Positions 1-10,086 are shown, counted from the stretch's first letter. The stretch: 64,000 nt of DNA from an uncultured Verrucomicrobiae bacterium (GCA_963815455.1 CAWFGO010000001.1:1248001-1312000); one strand, 5' to 3'. Notes: generated from the sequence alone by a model not told the origin. Numbers and translations: made by a program.

Positions 1-522
1 TTGCGCGGCCGTAGCCAGCTGCGATCGAATGTACGGAATCTCCTCGTAAACGGGTTCGGCCTGGAGTCGCTCCTTCATAATTCGGGGCAGTTGATGTTGC
101 AGGGCTAAACCGTAAATGCCACTCACCATCACAATCGCGTAGATCGCCCAGAGCCATATCGTCATCGCGCCCCCCATGCGAAATCCGCTGTGGAAAAGGA
201 CCAGCGGAATCGTCAGCAACGTGAGCCAGATATGCGCTCGCATCCAGAGTTGCACCGTCCCGAACCGCCAAAGCACAATTCGTTTTCGCATCCCAAGCAG
301 CCCGGCGAAAATAAAAATACCAAACGCGACGATGCCAAAAATCAGGCCGAGTGGCGTTCCTCCCACGCTGCGATGACCGAAAGGCGTCTGAATCAAAAAC
401 GACGGCAGCCGAATTACCGCCGGCAAAGCGCCGAAATTTCCGATGTAGAGCCAGGCGGAAACGGCCGTCGCCACCAGGACAAAGAGGAACCATGGAACGT
501 GCGCACGATTAAAGATGCGCAT
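1..522 (-). CDS. Multi-pass membrane protein with paired His motif (cytochrome b/ferric reductase-like TM domain), runs off the window edge
   Basis: Manual translation from ATG at 522, not in the ORF track: MRIFNRAHVPWFLFVLVATA...WMRAHIWLTLLTIPLVLFHSGFRMGG...; several hydrophobic helices; open to position 1. Confidence 0.7.
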   Translation of the reverse strand, partial: MRIFNRAHVPWFLFVLVATAVSAWLYIGNFGALPAVIRLPSFLIQTPFGHRSVGGTPLGLIFGIVAFGIFIFAGLLGMRKRIVLWRFGTVQLWMRAHIWLTLLTIPLVLFHSGFRMGGAMTIWLWAIYAIVMVSGIYGLALQHQLPRIMKERLQAEPVYEEIPYIRSQLATAAQ

Positions 523-744
523 AATTCACAGGTCGTTCCGCGCGAACCGCAGCAGAAATTCGATGAGCGGGTCGATGCTCAATGGCTCGCCGTTCGCTAG
601 TTGGCCAACGATCTCATCCATAGGCGAATGCAAACAATGTATTCCCCGCGCTCCGGCCGTGGAAGCAATTTCGCCGCCGCTATCCCAAGGCAAGAACCCT
701 GCGCTTGACCGGGCCCCAAATTTTTCAGACAACGACCTCGCCAG

Positions 745-1389
745 ATGGTGCAAATCTACATTAAGCGGCACGGCCAGCGCGTGGGGCCATTCTCGCTAGC
801 CGAGGTGAATCGACAGCTCGCCGCCGGTTCTCTCAATCCGTCGGAGCAAGCATGGTACGAAGGCGCGCCGGGTTGGAAGCCGGTGTTCAGTATCGCCGGA
901 GTGATCCTGCCCGGCGCCGCTTCCGCTTCAGCCAGACCCATCGGCATCGCGACTCCCAACCCTCCCAAATCGCCGACCTACGCCGGATTTTGGATTCGGG
1001 CCGTTGCTCTCTTTCTCGACAGCATCATTCTGGCGATTCCGATTGGTGTTCTGTGGTTCGTATTCTGGCCGGACCCAAGCGATCCCGGGTCCGGCAACCT
1101 GTTTTTTGCCGCGAGCGCCGCGGCCGGACTCAAGATCTTTTATTTCGCCGGTCTATGGGCGTCACCGATGCAAGCCACGCTCGGACAGAAAATGTGCGGC
1201 CTTCGCGTGATCAGCGACAGAGACGATCCGCGCATTACCTTTTCGCGAGCAGTTGGCCGGCTGTTCGCGATGGCGCTGTCAACGGTCACGCTCGGCATCG
1301 GTTACATCATGGCCGCATTCACCGAACGGAAACGCGCTTTGCACGATATGATCGCGGGCACTTGCGTGGTGAAGATACTCCAAATGTAG
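745..1389 (+). CDS. GYF_2/DUF4339 domain plus RDD family membrane protein
   Basis: N-term GPFS..EV...W..G..GWKP; C-term YAGFWIRAVA..D, ATLGQK..GLRV, KRALHDMIAGTCVV. Confidence 0.9.
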   Translation: MVQIYIKRHGQRVGPFSLAEVNRQLAAGSLNPSEQAWYEGAPGWKPVFSIAGVILPGAASASARPIGIATPNPPKSPTYAGFWIRAVALFLDSIILAIPIGVLWFVFWPDPSDPGSGNLFFAASAAAGLKIFYFAGLWASPMQATLGQKMCGLRVISDRDDPRITFSRAVGRLFAMALSTVTLGIGYIMAAFTERKRALHDMIAGTCVVKILQM

Positions 1390-1406
1390 ATCTCGGTGCT
1401 GTCGAG

Positions 1407-1811
1407 TTAAACTGCACTCGGCTTATAGATCGCGCCGATAATCGCGCCGGCGATAGCAAACTCCAGGACGTCGCCAATACCGCCTAGAACAAGAATCTTG
1501 GTGGTCAATGGTTCAACAGCAAAACGAATGAAGTGCAGCCCAACGCAAATAAGCCCGACGAGAATGCCGAGCTTGATTCCCGCTCCCACGCCGCCACCTG
1601 CGGCAAAGCGCGCGCAAATCCAGGTGAAAAAGAACGCCATTACGGCATGACCGAACAGCATCGACGGCCAGATCATGTCGTCGTGAGCGCGATAGTGACT
1701 CGCGATTTCCATGTAAGCCGACTTCATCAGGATGCCGTGCCAGACGAAGCCGAAGAAAAAGACGAAGATGAACGCTGCGATGAATGCGATAAAGAATTTC
1801 TTCCAGTTCAT
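1407..1811 (-). CDS. Small 4-TM hypothetical membrane protein (DUF1761-like)
   Basis: 134-aa ORF with four hydrophobic segments ending GAIIGAIYK. Confidence 0.75.
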   Translation of the reverse strand: MNWKKFFIAFIAAFIFVFFFGFVWHGILMKSAYMEIASHYRAHDDMIWPSMLFGHAVMAFFFTWICARFAAGGGVGAGIKLGILVGLICVGLHFIRFAVEPLTTKILVLGGIGDVLEFAIAGAIIGAIYKPSAV

Positions 1812-1924
1812 AATTGTTGTGATTGTTGTGATTGAGGTCTGCTATCCCAAATTCCCTGGCCCGTTAGTCGCAAATCGCAGATTGGTTGTCGATCTAAATT
1901 GTGGCTACTCTCCTGAGCAGCGGG

Positions 1925-2040
1925 GTCATCCCGAGTCGCGGAGACGACGAGGGACCCCACATAAGCCGGGAAAAACTTTCTTCCGCCGCGTGTACACCCA
2001 AACTTCGAGTGCGAGGTTCCTCGCTTCGCTCGGAATGACA
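1925..2040. repeat. REP-like palindromic element, family A (GTCATCCCGAG...CTCGGAATGACA)
   Basis: Terminal inverted repeats; related copies at 48729-48802 and 52378-52470. Confidence 0.8.
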
Positions 2041-2058
2041 ACGATGGTAACGTCGGCC

Positions 2059-3795
2059 ATGCAAAGATCGTTTCGCTTGGTTCCGCTCTTCTTGTGGGCA
2101 TGCTGGTTGTCGAACGCTTCGGCACAAATCGATCGAATCACCGGAAAGAATTTTGCAACGCGCTCCGAAGTCTTGGCCCGGCATGGAATGGTTTGCACCA
2201 GTGTGCCCGCTGCAACTCAAGTCGGCATCGACATCCTCAAGCGCGGCGGCAGCGCGGTTGATGCGGCCATCGCGGCGAATGCGACGCTCGGGTTAATGGA
2301 GCCGGTCTCGAACGGAATCGGCGGCGATCTTTTCGCGATCGTTTACAGCGCCAAGGAAAACAAACTTTACGGAATTAATGGCAGCGGACGTTCCCCGCTC
2401 GGGTTGAGCTATGAACAAATGAAAACCGAGCTCGCGAAATTGAAACGCGAGACCATTCCGCCAACCGGCATGTTGCCCATCAGCGTGCCGGGAACAGTCG
2501 ATGCCTGGGCCGAGCTGCACAAAAAATTCGGCAAATTGAAATTCGCCGACGATCTGGCTCCGGCGATCAAATACGCTGAGGAAGGCTTCCCGGTTACGGA
2601 GCTGATTGCGTATTACTGGGGATTTGGTCCGCGCATCTATAAAGATTTGCCGGGTGGATTCTTTGAAACTTACACGCTCGACGGCAAAGGCCGGACGCCG
2701 GCCAAAGGCGACATTTTCAAAAATCCAGCGCTGGCAAAAACTCTGCGGCTAATCGGGGAGAAAGGGCGTGACGTTTTTTACAAAGGCGAAATCGCCGACA
2801 AGATCGACAAGTTCATGCGCGAGAACGGTGGCTATCTGCGCAAAGACGATTTCGAAAAGCACGCATCGACATGGGTCGAACCGGTTTCGACTAACTATCG
2901 CGGATACGATGTCTTCGAGCTGCCCCCGAACGGTCAGGGAATTGCAACGTTGCAAATACTGAACATTCTCGAAGGCTTCGACCTGCGCGCGATGGGCCGC
3001 AATTCACCGGAGACGCTGCACGCGATGATCGAAGCGAAGAAGATTGCGTGGGCCGATCGCGCGAAATTCTATGCCGATCCGGCCTTCGCCAAAATTCCGT
3101 TGAAAGGGTTGCTCTCGAAAGAATACGCGACGGAGCGGCGCAAGTTGATCGATCCGCAGCATGCGAACAAACTTGTCGATGCTGGAAATCCGGCGCTGGA
3201 TCAGGGCGACACGATCTACATGTGCGCCGCCGATGACGAAGGCAACATGGTCTCGCTCATTCAAAGCAATTACCGCGGCATGGGCAGCGGCATTGTTGTG
3301 CCGGGGCTCGGCTTCATGTTTCAAGACCGCGGCGAACTTTTTTCCATGGAGCCCGGTCACGCGAACGTCTACGCGCCGGGCAAACGCCCGTTTCACACCA
3401 TCATCCCCGGGTTCGTCATGAAAGATGGCAAACCGTGGGAAGCCTTCGGCGTCATGGGCGGCGGGATGCAGCCGCAGGGCCACGTCCAGGTGCTCACCAA
3501 TCAGATCGATTTCGATCTAAACGTGCAGGAAGCGGGCGACGCTTCGCGCTGGCAGCACGAAGGCGACAACGAACCGACCGGCGAAAAAATGACCGCCTCG
3601 GGTGGCTACGTCGAAGTCGAAAGCGGGATTCCCTACGAAACTGTGCGCGAACTGAAGAAGCGTGGCCACGATGTCCGATTCGATGTGGGCGGCTACGGCG
3701 GTTATCAAGCGATCAGAGTGGAAATGCACGACGGCCAGCGCGTTTACGTCGGAGCCAGCGAATCGCGCAAGGATGGCCAGGCAGCAGGTTATTGA
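2059..3795 (+). CDS. ggt: Gamma-glutamyltransferase
   Basis: GGSAVDAAIA, GIGGD, SVPG, autocleavage site GD|TIY, PGKRPFHTIIP, GVMGG.MQPQG; signal peptide from ATG 2059 (the ORF-track start at 1732 runs through a repeat). Confidence 0.95.
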   Translation: MQRSFRLVPLFLWACWLSNASAQIDRITGKNFATRSEVLARHGMVCTSVPAATQVGIDILKRGGSAVDAAIAANATLGLMEPVSNGIGGDLFAIVYSAKENKLYGINGSGRSPLGLSYEQMKTELAKLKRETIPPTGMLPISVPGTVDAWAELHKKFGKLKFADDLAPAIKYAEEGFPVTELIAYYWGFGPRIYKDLPGGFFETYTLDGKGRTPAKGDIFKNPALAKTLRLIGEKGRDVFYKGEIADKIDKFMRENGGYLRKDDFEKHASTWVEPVSTNYRGYDVFELPPNGQGIATLQILNILEGFDLRAMGRNSPETLHAMIEAKKIAWADRAKFYADPAFAKIPLKGLLSKEYATERRKLIDPQHANKLVDAGNPALDQGDTIYMCAADDEGNMVSLIQSNYRGMGSGIVVPGLGFMFQDRGELFSMEPGHANVYAPGKRPFHTIIPGFVMKDGKPWEAFGVMGGGMQPQGHVQVLTNQIDFDLNVQEAGDASRWQHEGDNEPTGEKMTASGGYVEVESGIPYETVRELKKRGHDVRFDVGGYGGYQAIRVEMHDGQRVYVGASESRKDGQAAGY

Positions 3796-3809
3796 ATCCA
3801 AAAAGGCGT

Positions 3810-4195
3810 CGGATCCGGCAGCGATGCAACGGCCGGACGAAACTCAGGAGGCATATTCCGCGCGATTGCGGAAAGAACAGGCCGAACGCCTCGAAAAGGG
3901 CAGCATCCTCGGTAATTACGTCGTGATTGACCACGGCCAGAGCGAGTTCTCGCTTTATGCGCACTTCCAACCCGGCAGCGTGCGGGTCAAGAAGGGTGAC
4001 CAGGTCAAAGCGGGCGATGTGATTGGCAAACTCGGCTCATCCGGAAATTCAACCGAACCTCATCTTCACTTCCAGATAACTGATAGGCCCGATCTGGGGG
4101 GCGCGGGAATCCCGATGAACTTCAGCAACGTGACGATTCTCTGGGCCGATCTGCCGCGTCCGATTCAAAGCGGCGACATCGTCATAGCGAAATGA
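3810..4195 (+). pseudogene. 5'-truncated M23 metallopeptidase remnant
   Basis: GNYVVIDHG...YAHFQ...V.KGDQVKAGDVIGKLGSSGNSTEPHLHF present; N-terminal part of the domain and signal peptide absent; abuts the ggt stop. Confidence 0.7.
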
Positions 4196-4220
4196 TGTAA
4201 GACGACGGCGCGTCTTTGTC

Positions 4221-4352
4221 CGGGGAGCACAGGCTGCCAGCCTCTTGATTTCGGGAGCTTGCCGGAATTTCCATGCCGGATCACGCGGATGGGCGTTTAC
4301 AAATGTTGCCGGCAAGCTGCCGGCAACTACAGGCCAGCGGCCTGTGCTCCCC
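4221..4352. repeat. REP-like palindromic element, family B (GGGGAGCACAGGCTGCCAGCCT...CCTGTGCTCCCC)
   Basis: Terminal inverted repeats; second copy at 6028-6158. Confidence 0.85.
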
Positions 4353-4394
4353 AAGCCACAATCCAGACTTGATCGGTGTGCTACGATTTCATCG

Positions 4395-4814
4395 ATGCCT
4401 AATCTTTTTTCGTCCGATAACACAACGTCGCTGCTCCAGGTTCTGGTGTCGGCGTTTCTGGCCATCCTGTTTTTGCAATCCGGGATCGACAAGATCGTGG
4501 ACCGCCGCGGCAACCTTGAATGGTTAAAAGGGCATTTCGCCAAAAGCCCGCTGGCCGGACTGGTGCCGCTGATGGTTTTCGTAATCACGATTCTTGAGAT
4601 CTCGGCCGGCGCCTTGAGCGCGGTCGGCTGCGCGCTGATAATTCTGTCGCGCGGCTCAACAATCGCATTCTACGGCGCAATAATTTCGGCGATATCGATC
4701 CTCGCTCTCTTTTTTGGCCAGCGAATGGCCAAGGAATACGCCGGCGCCGCGGTTTTGGTTCCGTATTTTCTCGTCACGCTCGCCGCGATTTATGTCCTCG
4801 CGCCCGCTGATTGA
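4395..4814 (+). CDS. DoxX family membrane protein
   Basis: FLQSGIDKI, WLKGHFAKSPL, LFFGQRMAKEY; start ATG 4395. Confidence 0.85.
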   Translation: MPNLFSSDNTTSLLQVLVSAFLAILFLQSGIDKIVDRRGNLEWLKGHFAKSPLAGLVPLMVFVITILEISAGALSAVGCALIILSRGSTIAFYGAIISAISILALFFGQRMAKEYAGAAVLVPYFLVTLAAIYVLAPAD

Positions 4815-4824
4815 ACCGCGCGAA

Positions 4825-5985
4825 TCACCCGTAACAATCGAGATATTTGATCCCGGAGCCGGTGTTGAAGATCACAACGCGCTCGCCGATGTCGATCTTG
4901 TTCGCAGTGCGAAGCTTTGTGAAAGCCGCGAAACAGGCGGCGCCCTCGGGGGCGACAAATAGTCCTTCGCTTTTCCCAACTTCGCGCCCAACGCGAATCA
5001 TTTCATCGTCGTCGATCGCGATGGCGCCACCATTCGATTCGCGAAGAATCTTCAGCATGAGAAAATCGCCAATCGCTTTGGGAACACGCAGGCCCGATGC
5101 GATGGTGTGAGCGTTTGGAAACTCGCCTGCGAATTTTTCGCCGGCTTCGAAAGCACGCACGATCGGCGCGCATCCCTTCGCCTGCACCGAAAACATCCGA
5201 GGGCGGGGACCCGTAAGCCAGCCCAGCATTTCCATTTCGTCGAAGGCTTTCCACATTCCGATGAGGCCGGTGCCGCCGCCGGTCGGATAAAGGATCACGT
5301 CGGGTAATTTCCAGTTCAATTGCTCGGCCAACTCGTAGCCCAGCGTTTTCTTTCCTTCCACGCGATATGGTTCCTTGAGCGTGGACATATCGAACCAGCC
5401 TTCCTTGTCTTTCCGCCGCGCGATTTCCGCACCGCAATCGGTGATCAGTCCGTCGATAAGATCGACATGCGCGCCCAGCTCGCGGCATTCGATGATGTTC
5501 GCGCGCGGCGTGTCCCGCGGCATGAAGATGTGCGCTTCGAGTCCGGCTCGGGCGGCGTAAGCGGCCAGCGCGCCGCCGGCATTGCCTGCGCTTGGCACAG
5601 CAAGCTTCGTTGCGCCAAGATATTTCGCCATTGAAACAGCTACACTCATCCCCCGCGCCTTGAAGCTCTGGGTCGGATTGAGCGATTCGTCCTTGATCCA
5701 AAGATCGACATCGTCAGCGAACTTTGCCGCCCGGAGCAGCGGCGTCCCGCCTTCGCCAAGCGAAACAGGATCGACATTCGCCGGCAACGGCAATACCTCG
5801 CGATAACGCCAGAGTGATTTCTCACGGATCGTTAGACTTGACCGCTTAAAGCGGTCAAGTTTTCCAATCGCAGCCAAGTCAATAATTGCGAACAACGGTT
5901 TGCCGCAGGTCGTGCAGAGATTTTGCAGCCGCGTCCAATCGTGGTGAAGACCGCATGCAGTGCATTCGAGATGGCTCAGGAACAT
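4825..5985 (-). CDS. thrC: Threonine synthase (PLP-dependent)
   Basis: N-terminal CxxC/Cxx[37 protein letters not shown]. Confidence 0.92.
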   Translation of the reverse strand: MFLSHLECTACGLHHDWTRLQNLCTTCGKPLFAIIDLAAIGKLDRFKRSSLTIREKSLWRYREVLPLPANVDPVSLGEGGTPLLRAAKFADDVDLWIKDESLNPTQSFKARGMSVAVSMAKYLGATKLAVPSAGNAGGALAAYAARAGLEAHIFMPRDTPRANIIECRELGAHVDLIDGLITDCGAEIARRKDKEGWFDMSTLKEPYRVEGKKTLGYELAEQLNWKLPDVILYPTGGGTGLIGMWKAFDEMEMLGWLTGPRPRMFSVQAKGCAPIVRAFEAGEKFAGEFPNAHTIASGLRVPKAIGDFLMLKILRESNGGAIAIDDDEMIRVGREVGKSEGLFVAPEGAACFAAFTKLRTANKIDIGERVVIFNTGSGIKYLDCYG

Positions 5986-6027
5986 CTAGAGATTTGAATG
6001 TACTTTTCACCTCGGCGCGAGCAATTC

Positions 6028-6158
6028 CGGGGAGCACAGGCTGCCAGCCTGTTGGTCTCGGCAGCTTGCCGAGACATCTCTGTCCGATCGAAAATTTGTT
6101 ACGCGAAATATCGCCGGCAAGCTGCCGGCGATTACAGGCTGGCAGCCTGTGCTCCCCG
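6028..6158. repeat. REP-like element family B, copy 2
   Basis: CGGGGAGCACAGGCTGCCAGCCTGT ... ACAGGCTGGCAGCCTGTGCTCCCCG. Confidence 0.85.
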
Positions 6159-6210
6159 AAATCAAAAACCACGCTGTTTGTAATCCGCCCTTTGTGTTAA
6201 TCACAACACG

Positions 6211-7554
6211 ATGATTTCGATAACCGCCCGCCGCCCGTGGTACCGGCCGTCGCTCACGACCCAGATCATGATCGGCCTGGTCGTGGGCGGGCTGATCGGC
6301 TGGGTGCGACCCGACTGGGGTAACGCCGTCTTTTTTCTGCGCGATATTTTTCTCAACCTGATCAAGTCGATCATCGCTCCTCTGGTTTTCTCGACCATCG
6401 TGATCGGAATCGCCGGAGCCGGCGCGCTCAAGAAGGTGGGGCGCATGGGCGTGAAAGCGATTGTCTACTTCGAGACCGCTACGACCGCCGCGCTGGCCAT
6501 CGGGTTGGTCGTTGTCAATTTCATGAAGCCGGGCGTGGGCGTCACGCTCGTGGCCGGCAATACCGATATCGTTAAAGCAATCGGGCAAAGTCATCCCAAA
6601 ACGCTGATCGAAACGCTGGTGCACGCGTTTCCGTCCAGCGTGATTGAAGCGATGGTGCGCGGCGACGTGCTGCAAATCGTCGCGTTCAGTGTGCTCTTCG
6701 CCCTTGCGGTGTCAGCGATCGGCGAAAAAGGGAAACCGATCGTGCGCGCGATGGAGAGCCTGTCGCAGGTGATGTTCAAATTCACCAATTACGTCATGAT
6801 GTTCGCACCCATCGGAGTCGGCGCGGCCATGGCTCACACTGTCGGCACTCAGGGCTTGGGGGTTCTTTTCTATCTCGGCAAACTGATCCTTTCGCTTTAT
6901 CTCGCGTTGATCATCTTCATCGTCCTGGTCTTTGGGCTCGTCATTTTCATCGCCCGCGTCCCGTTGCGGCAATTTTTCCGCGCGGTGCGCGAGCCAGCCG
7001 CGCTCGCCTTCGCCACTACCAGCAGCGAATCGGCGCTCCCCAAGGCGATGGAACAAATGGAGCGGTTTGGCGTGCCGCGCCACATCGTCGGCTTCGTGAT
7101 GCCGACCGGTTATTCATTCAACCTCGACGGATCGACATTGTATCTGGCGATGGCCTCGGTGTTCGTCGCTCAAGCAGCCGAAACGACAATGGGCTGGCAC
7201 ATGGGGATCGGTCAGCAGATCACCATGATGCTGACGTTGATGCTCACTTCCAAAGGCGTGGCCGCGGTTCCGCGCGCGTCCCTGGTGATCTTGCTCGCAA
7301 CCTTGAACACGTTCCTTCCCGCCGGACTCGGCCCGATTGGCGTCGCGGTAATATTCGGCGTGGATGAACTAATGGACATGGGGCGCACGTGCGTGAACCT
7401 GGTTGGTAATTGTCTGGCCACCGTTGTCGTCGCCCGCTGGGAAGGCGAATTTGACGACGACCGTGCCCGTGTCTTCGGCACGCGCAAGGAAGTCGAACTC
7501 GATTTGAAATCCGGTGATGTCGCGTTCGCCGACGCGATGCGGCAGGGGGACTGA
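6211..7554 (+). CDS. Dicarboxylate/amino acid:cation symporter (DAACS, GltP/DctA family)
   Basis: FATTSSESALP, GYSFNLDGSTLY, LTSKGVAAVP, DMGRTCVNLVGN. Confidence 0.93.
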   Translation: MISITARRPWYRPSLTTQIMIGLVVGGLIGWVRPDWGNAVFFLRDIFLNLIKSIIAPLVFSTIVIGIAGAGALKKVGRMGVKAIVYFETATTAALAIGLVVVNFMKPGVGVTLVAGNTDIVKAIGQSHPKTLIETLVHAFPSSVIEAMVRGDVLQIVAFSVLFALAVSAIGEKGKPIVRAMESLSQVMFKFTNYVMMFAPIGVGAAMAHTVGTQGLGVLFYLGKLILSLYLALIIFIVLVFGLVIFIARVPLRQFFRAVREPAALAFATTSSESALPKAMEQMERFGVPRHIVGFVMPTGYSFNLDGSTLYLAMASVFVAQAAETTMGWHMGIGQQITMMLTLMLTSKGVAAVPRASLVILLATLNTFLPAGLGPIGVAVIFGVDELMDMGRTCVNLVGNCLATVVVARWEGEFDDDRARVFGTRKEVELDLKSGDVAFADAMRQGD

Positions 7555-7747
7555 TTAGTCGAATAAATTTCGCCTACTTCTAGTTAGACCTAAACGGGCG
7601 CGCCATCTATTTTCAAAATCTATCAAGCTGATCAAACAGATTTTTCAGCACATTCGACGTATTTCGAATGCGCGTCGCTTTGGGGTTCCTTTTGTCCGGC
7701 GCGCTTCATTCAGCCTTCCAACGGCGATCCGACTCCGAGGTCAGTCC

Positions 7748-8368
7748 GTGCTCCTTTCTTCCCCCGACGAGGGCGGCGCTGCGATTGACTTCTTAACATG
7801 CTTTATCGAGGACGAATACGGATTGAGCGCGGTCGATTTCCCCGTGCATACCGTTGCGGACATTGGGGCGAATATTGGCCTCTTCTCAATGGCGGCGCGA
7901 GGGTATTTCCCCACCGCAAGAATCCATTCCTACGAACCAAATCCCCGGGTGCTCGAGCATTCATCAAAGAATGCCGCCGCTGCTGAGTTCACCCTATTCG
8001 CCGAGGCTGTTGGCGCGAGGGCTGGGTATGTCTCGATCGACGAGTCGGGCGGCTCCAACCAAGCCAGGACAATCGCCGCTTCGAAGTCTGGCCATCGGAT
8101 TCCACAAGTCTCGCTCTCTACCGTCGTCGAACGGCTTGGCGGGCGAATTGATTTCGCCAAGATTGATTCCGAAGGAGCTGAGTGGGAGCTATTGGCCGAC
8201 CCTACTGCTTGGCCCGCTATTAAGAACATCCGCATGGAATATCATCTTTGGGGTCGGCGTGTCTTTACGGATGTCGAGCAATCTCTTGGCAGAATTGGGT
8301 TCCAGATTCATCACCATAGTTCAGCTGGCGAATGGGGCACCGTTTGGGCTCGCAACACAAAGGCCTAA
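7748..8368 (+). CDS. FkbM family SAM-dependent methyltransferase (true start probably upstream, ~7622)
   Basis: DIGANIG, YEPNP, KIDSEGAE, MEYH; frame stays open upstream to ~7610 with no ATG. Confidence 0.85.
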   Translation: MLLSSPDEGGAAIDFLTCFIEDEYGLSAVDFPVHTVADIGANIGLFSMAARGYFPTARIHSYEPNPRVLEHSSKNAAAAEFTLFAEAVGARAGYVSIDESGGSNQARTIAASKSGHRIPQVSLSTVVERLGGRIDFAKIDSEGAEWELLADPTAWPAIKNIRMEYHLWGRRVFTDVEQSLGRIGFQIHHHSSAGEWGTVWARNTKA

Positions 8369-8377
8369 CCCCTATGA

Positions 8378-8420
8378 AGGGTGTCAACGGTGATTGTGAA
8401 GGGTAAGGTTTACACTGGGT
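8378..8420. mobile_element. Possible IS terminal remnant
   Basis: GGGTGTCAACGGTGATTGTGAAG...TTTACAC resembles IS256-type ends from memory; sits next to a truncated gene; no transposase or partner end seen. Confidence 0.25.
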
Positions 8421-8497
8421 GGATGGGTTGAAGGTGGAGTTGGTCTGGAACGCTTCCACTTCGGGTGCGCGCTTTTGTTTTTCAGCGGCTGATACTT

Positions 8498-8737
8498 CTA
8501 TCCGCGCATGTCGAACGTGAGCTTGTTCTCCCCCTCGATCCAGTTCCGCGTTGCCTTGGAATCGGCGTTCTCGAGCGGGCGATACGGATCGGCGACCTTC
8601 GTGCCGAAATAATCATCAACCTGATCGCTCTTCGGCGGGTGCGGATAAACGAGATGCTCCGTAGCCTCCGCGGCAAACGCGGAAGCAAAGGCAGCGAGCA
8701 GTGGCGGAATCGCGATGAGACGCAAGAGAAGTTTCAT
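8498..8737 (-). pseudogene. 3'-truncated prolyl oligopeptidase (S9A), N-terminal fragment only
   Basis: Signal peptide then YP..PKSDQVDDYFGTKVADPYRPLE...TRNWIEGENKLTF, the typical S9A N-terminus; stops at 79 aa. Confidence 0.85.
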
Positions 8738-8787
8738 AAAGTAAACAAGATCGACATCCTGTTAGCGGGCATAGGCAATCGCGCCAG

Positions 8788-9393
8788 TTAATTCTTCTGC
8801 GCCTTGAGCTCGGCAACCTTCTGTTCGGCGCGGTTGACGTCGGATTTTCGCGCTGTTCTCGTGGCGAGAAGCTTCTGTTGTCGATGCAAATTTGCCTCCG
8901 CGGCTTCGAGTTCTGCCCGCTGAAGATTGGCCGCGGCGATTTGAACGGATTCCCTGGCGTCGCCGGCGGCCTTCGTTGCCCGGGCCAATTCTGCTTCCGA
9001 TATTTCACCGGCAGTTAACCGGCCTTGCTGGGTGACAAGTTCTTCCTCAGCCAAGGCAAGCCGGGCATTAGCCAAGACCGATTCGAGCCGGACAACTTTC
9101 AACGCGCGCTGCTCGACTTCGACTTTCGAAAGCGCGCCAATTTTGCAGAGCCGGTCTGCCCGGGCCGCTCGCTCCTTGGCTCGCGCGAGTTCCTTTTCCA
9201 GGCGCGCGGGATCGCCCTCGGCGGTTCCGGGCGGCGCGACAGCCAGCGGCTCATCGGATCGGTTTGGGATGAGCAGCGGCGGCTCAATTTCAAATGAATC
9301 ATCGGACTCGTCTTCGGGCGATTGATCCGCGGCCAACGCTGCCATTCCTGCGATGACAATTGCGGCGGCCGCCAACGCAGACATCCGTGTCAT
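8788..9393 (-). CDS. Secreted coiled-coil hypothetical protein with HlyD/TolC-like alpha-hairpin repeats
   Basis: Signal peptide; repeats LCKIGALSKVEVE, LTAGEISEAEL, LATRTARKSDV. Confidence 0.7.
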   Translation of the reverse strand: MTRMSALAAAAIVIAGMAALAADQSPEDESDDSFEIEPPLLIPNRSDEPLAVAPPGTAEGDPARLEKELARAKERAARADRLCKIGALSKVEVEQRALKVVRLESVLANARLALAEEELVTQQGRLTAGEISEAELARATKAAGDARESVQIAAANLQRAELEAAEANLHRQQKLLATRTARKSDVNRAEQKVAELKAQKN

Positions 9394-9560
9394 CCGGCAA
9401 GATTATGATGAAACTCGGCCCGCAGACCAGATCAACCCAACTCCCGAGGGTGGAAATTTGCATGAATTGTTCCGACGTCGTGCTTGAACTTTCTTTCATC
9501 CCTGCTACAGATTGGCGATTCCAATCTGGAACCTTTTTTGGCATAGCAGCGGCTAAGAAA

Positions 9561-10085
9561 ATGTCGATGAACTCCGTAATACGAATTTTTGCCTTGGCGA
9601 TTCCGGCCCTCGTGGCGGCTCCTCTTTTCGCAGGTAGTTTTCCCGCTTCCGGCCCGACCGTGCCCGGGACCAAAGCTCGCCTTCGCGGCAAGGTCGCGTG
9701 TGCACCGACGAACGCGCCGCTGGCAGTGAAGCGCGCGATTTGGGCCGCCAACCAACTTCATACCAAGCCGTATCGTTACGGCGGCGGGCACCGGTCTTTT
9801 ATCGATCGCAGCTACGATTGCTCCGGCACCGTTTCCTATGCGCTCGGCGCGGCCGGTCTGATCAAGTCGCCCATGAGTTCCTCCGAGTTTCGCCGGTTCG
9901 GGGAGCGCGGCCGGGGAAAGTGGATCACGATTTATGCAAAAAGCGGGCACACCTTTGCCGTCATCGCGGGATTGAGACTCGATACGACGCCGTATGTAAC
10001 TGGTCGCGAAAAATGGGCCCCGGGATGGCAACCAACTTTCCGTGGCCCCTACGGTTTCGAAGTCCGACACCCGGTGGGTCTGTAA
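9561..10085 (+). CDS. NlpC/P60-like peptidoglycan endopeptidase
   Basis: Signal peptide; PYRYGGGH, YDCSG (catalytic Cys), GHTF. Confidence 0.85.
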   Translation: MSMNSVIRIFALAIPALVAAPLFAGSFPASGPTVPGTKARLRGKVACAPTNAPLAVKRAIWAANQLHTKPYRYGGGHRSFIDRSYDCSGTVSYALGAAGLIKSPMSSSEFRRFGERGRGKWITIYAKSGHTFAVIAGLRLDTTPYVTGREKWAPGWQPTFRGPYGFEVRHPVGL

Positions 10086-10086
10086 T

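Noticed and set aside
526..771. 81-aa minus-strand ORF between the first gene and the RDD gene
   Set aside because: Overlaps the RDD start and a divergent promoter region; no recognisable features
1814..1834. Tandem TTGTTGTGA duplication upstream of the small membrane gene
   Set aside because: Only two units; probably an A/C-rich translation-initiation region
1732..2058. 109-aa N-terminal extension of ggt in the ORF track
   Set aside because: Overlaps the opposite-strand gene and a repeat; the signal peptide and -10 box point to ATG 2059
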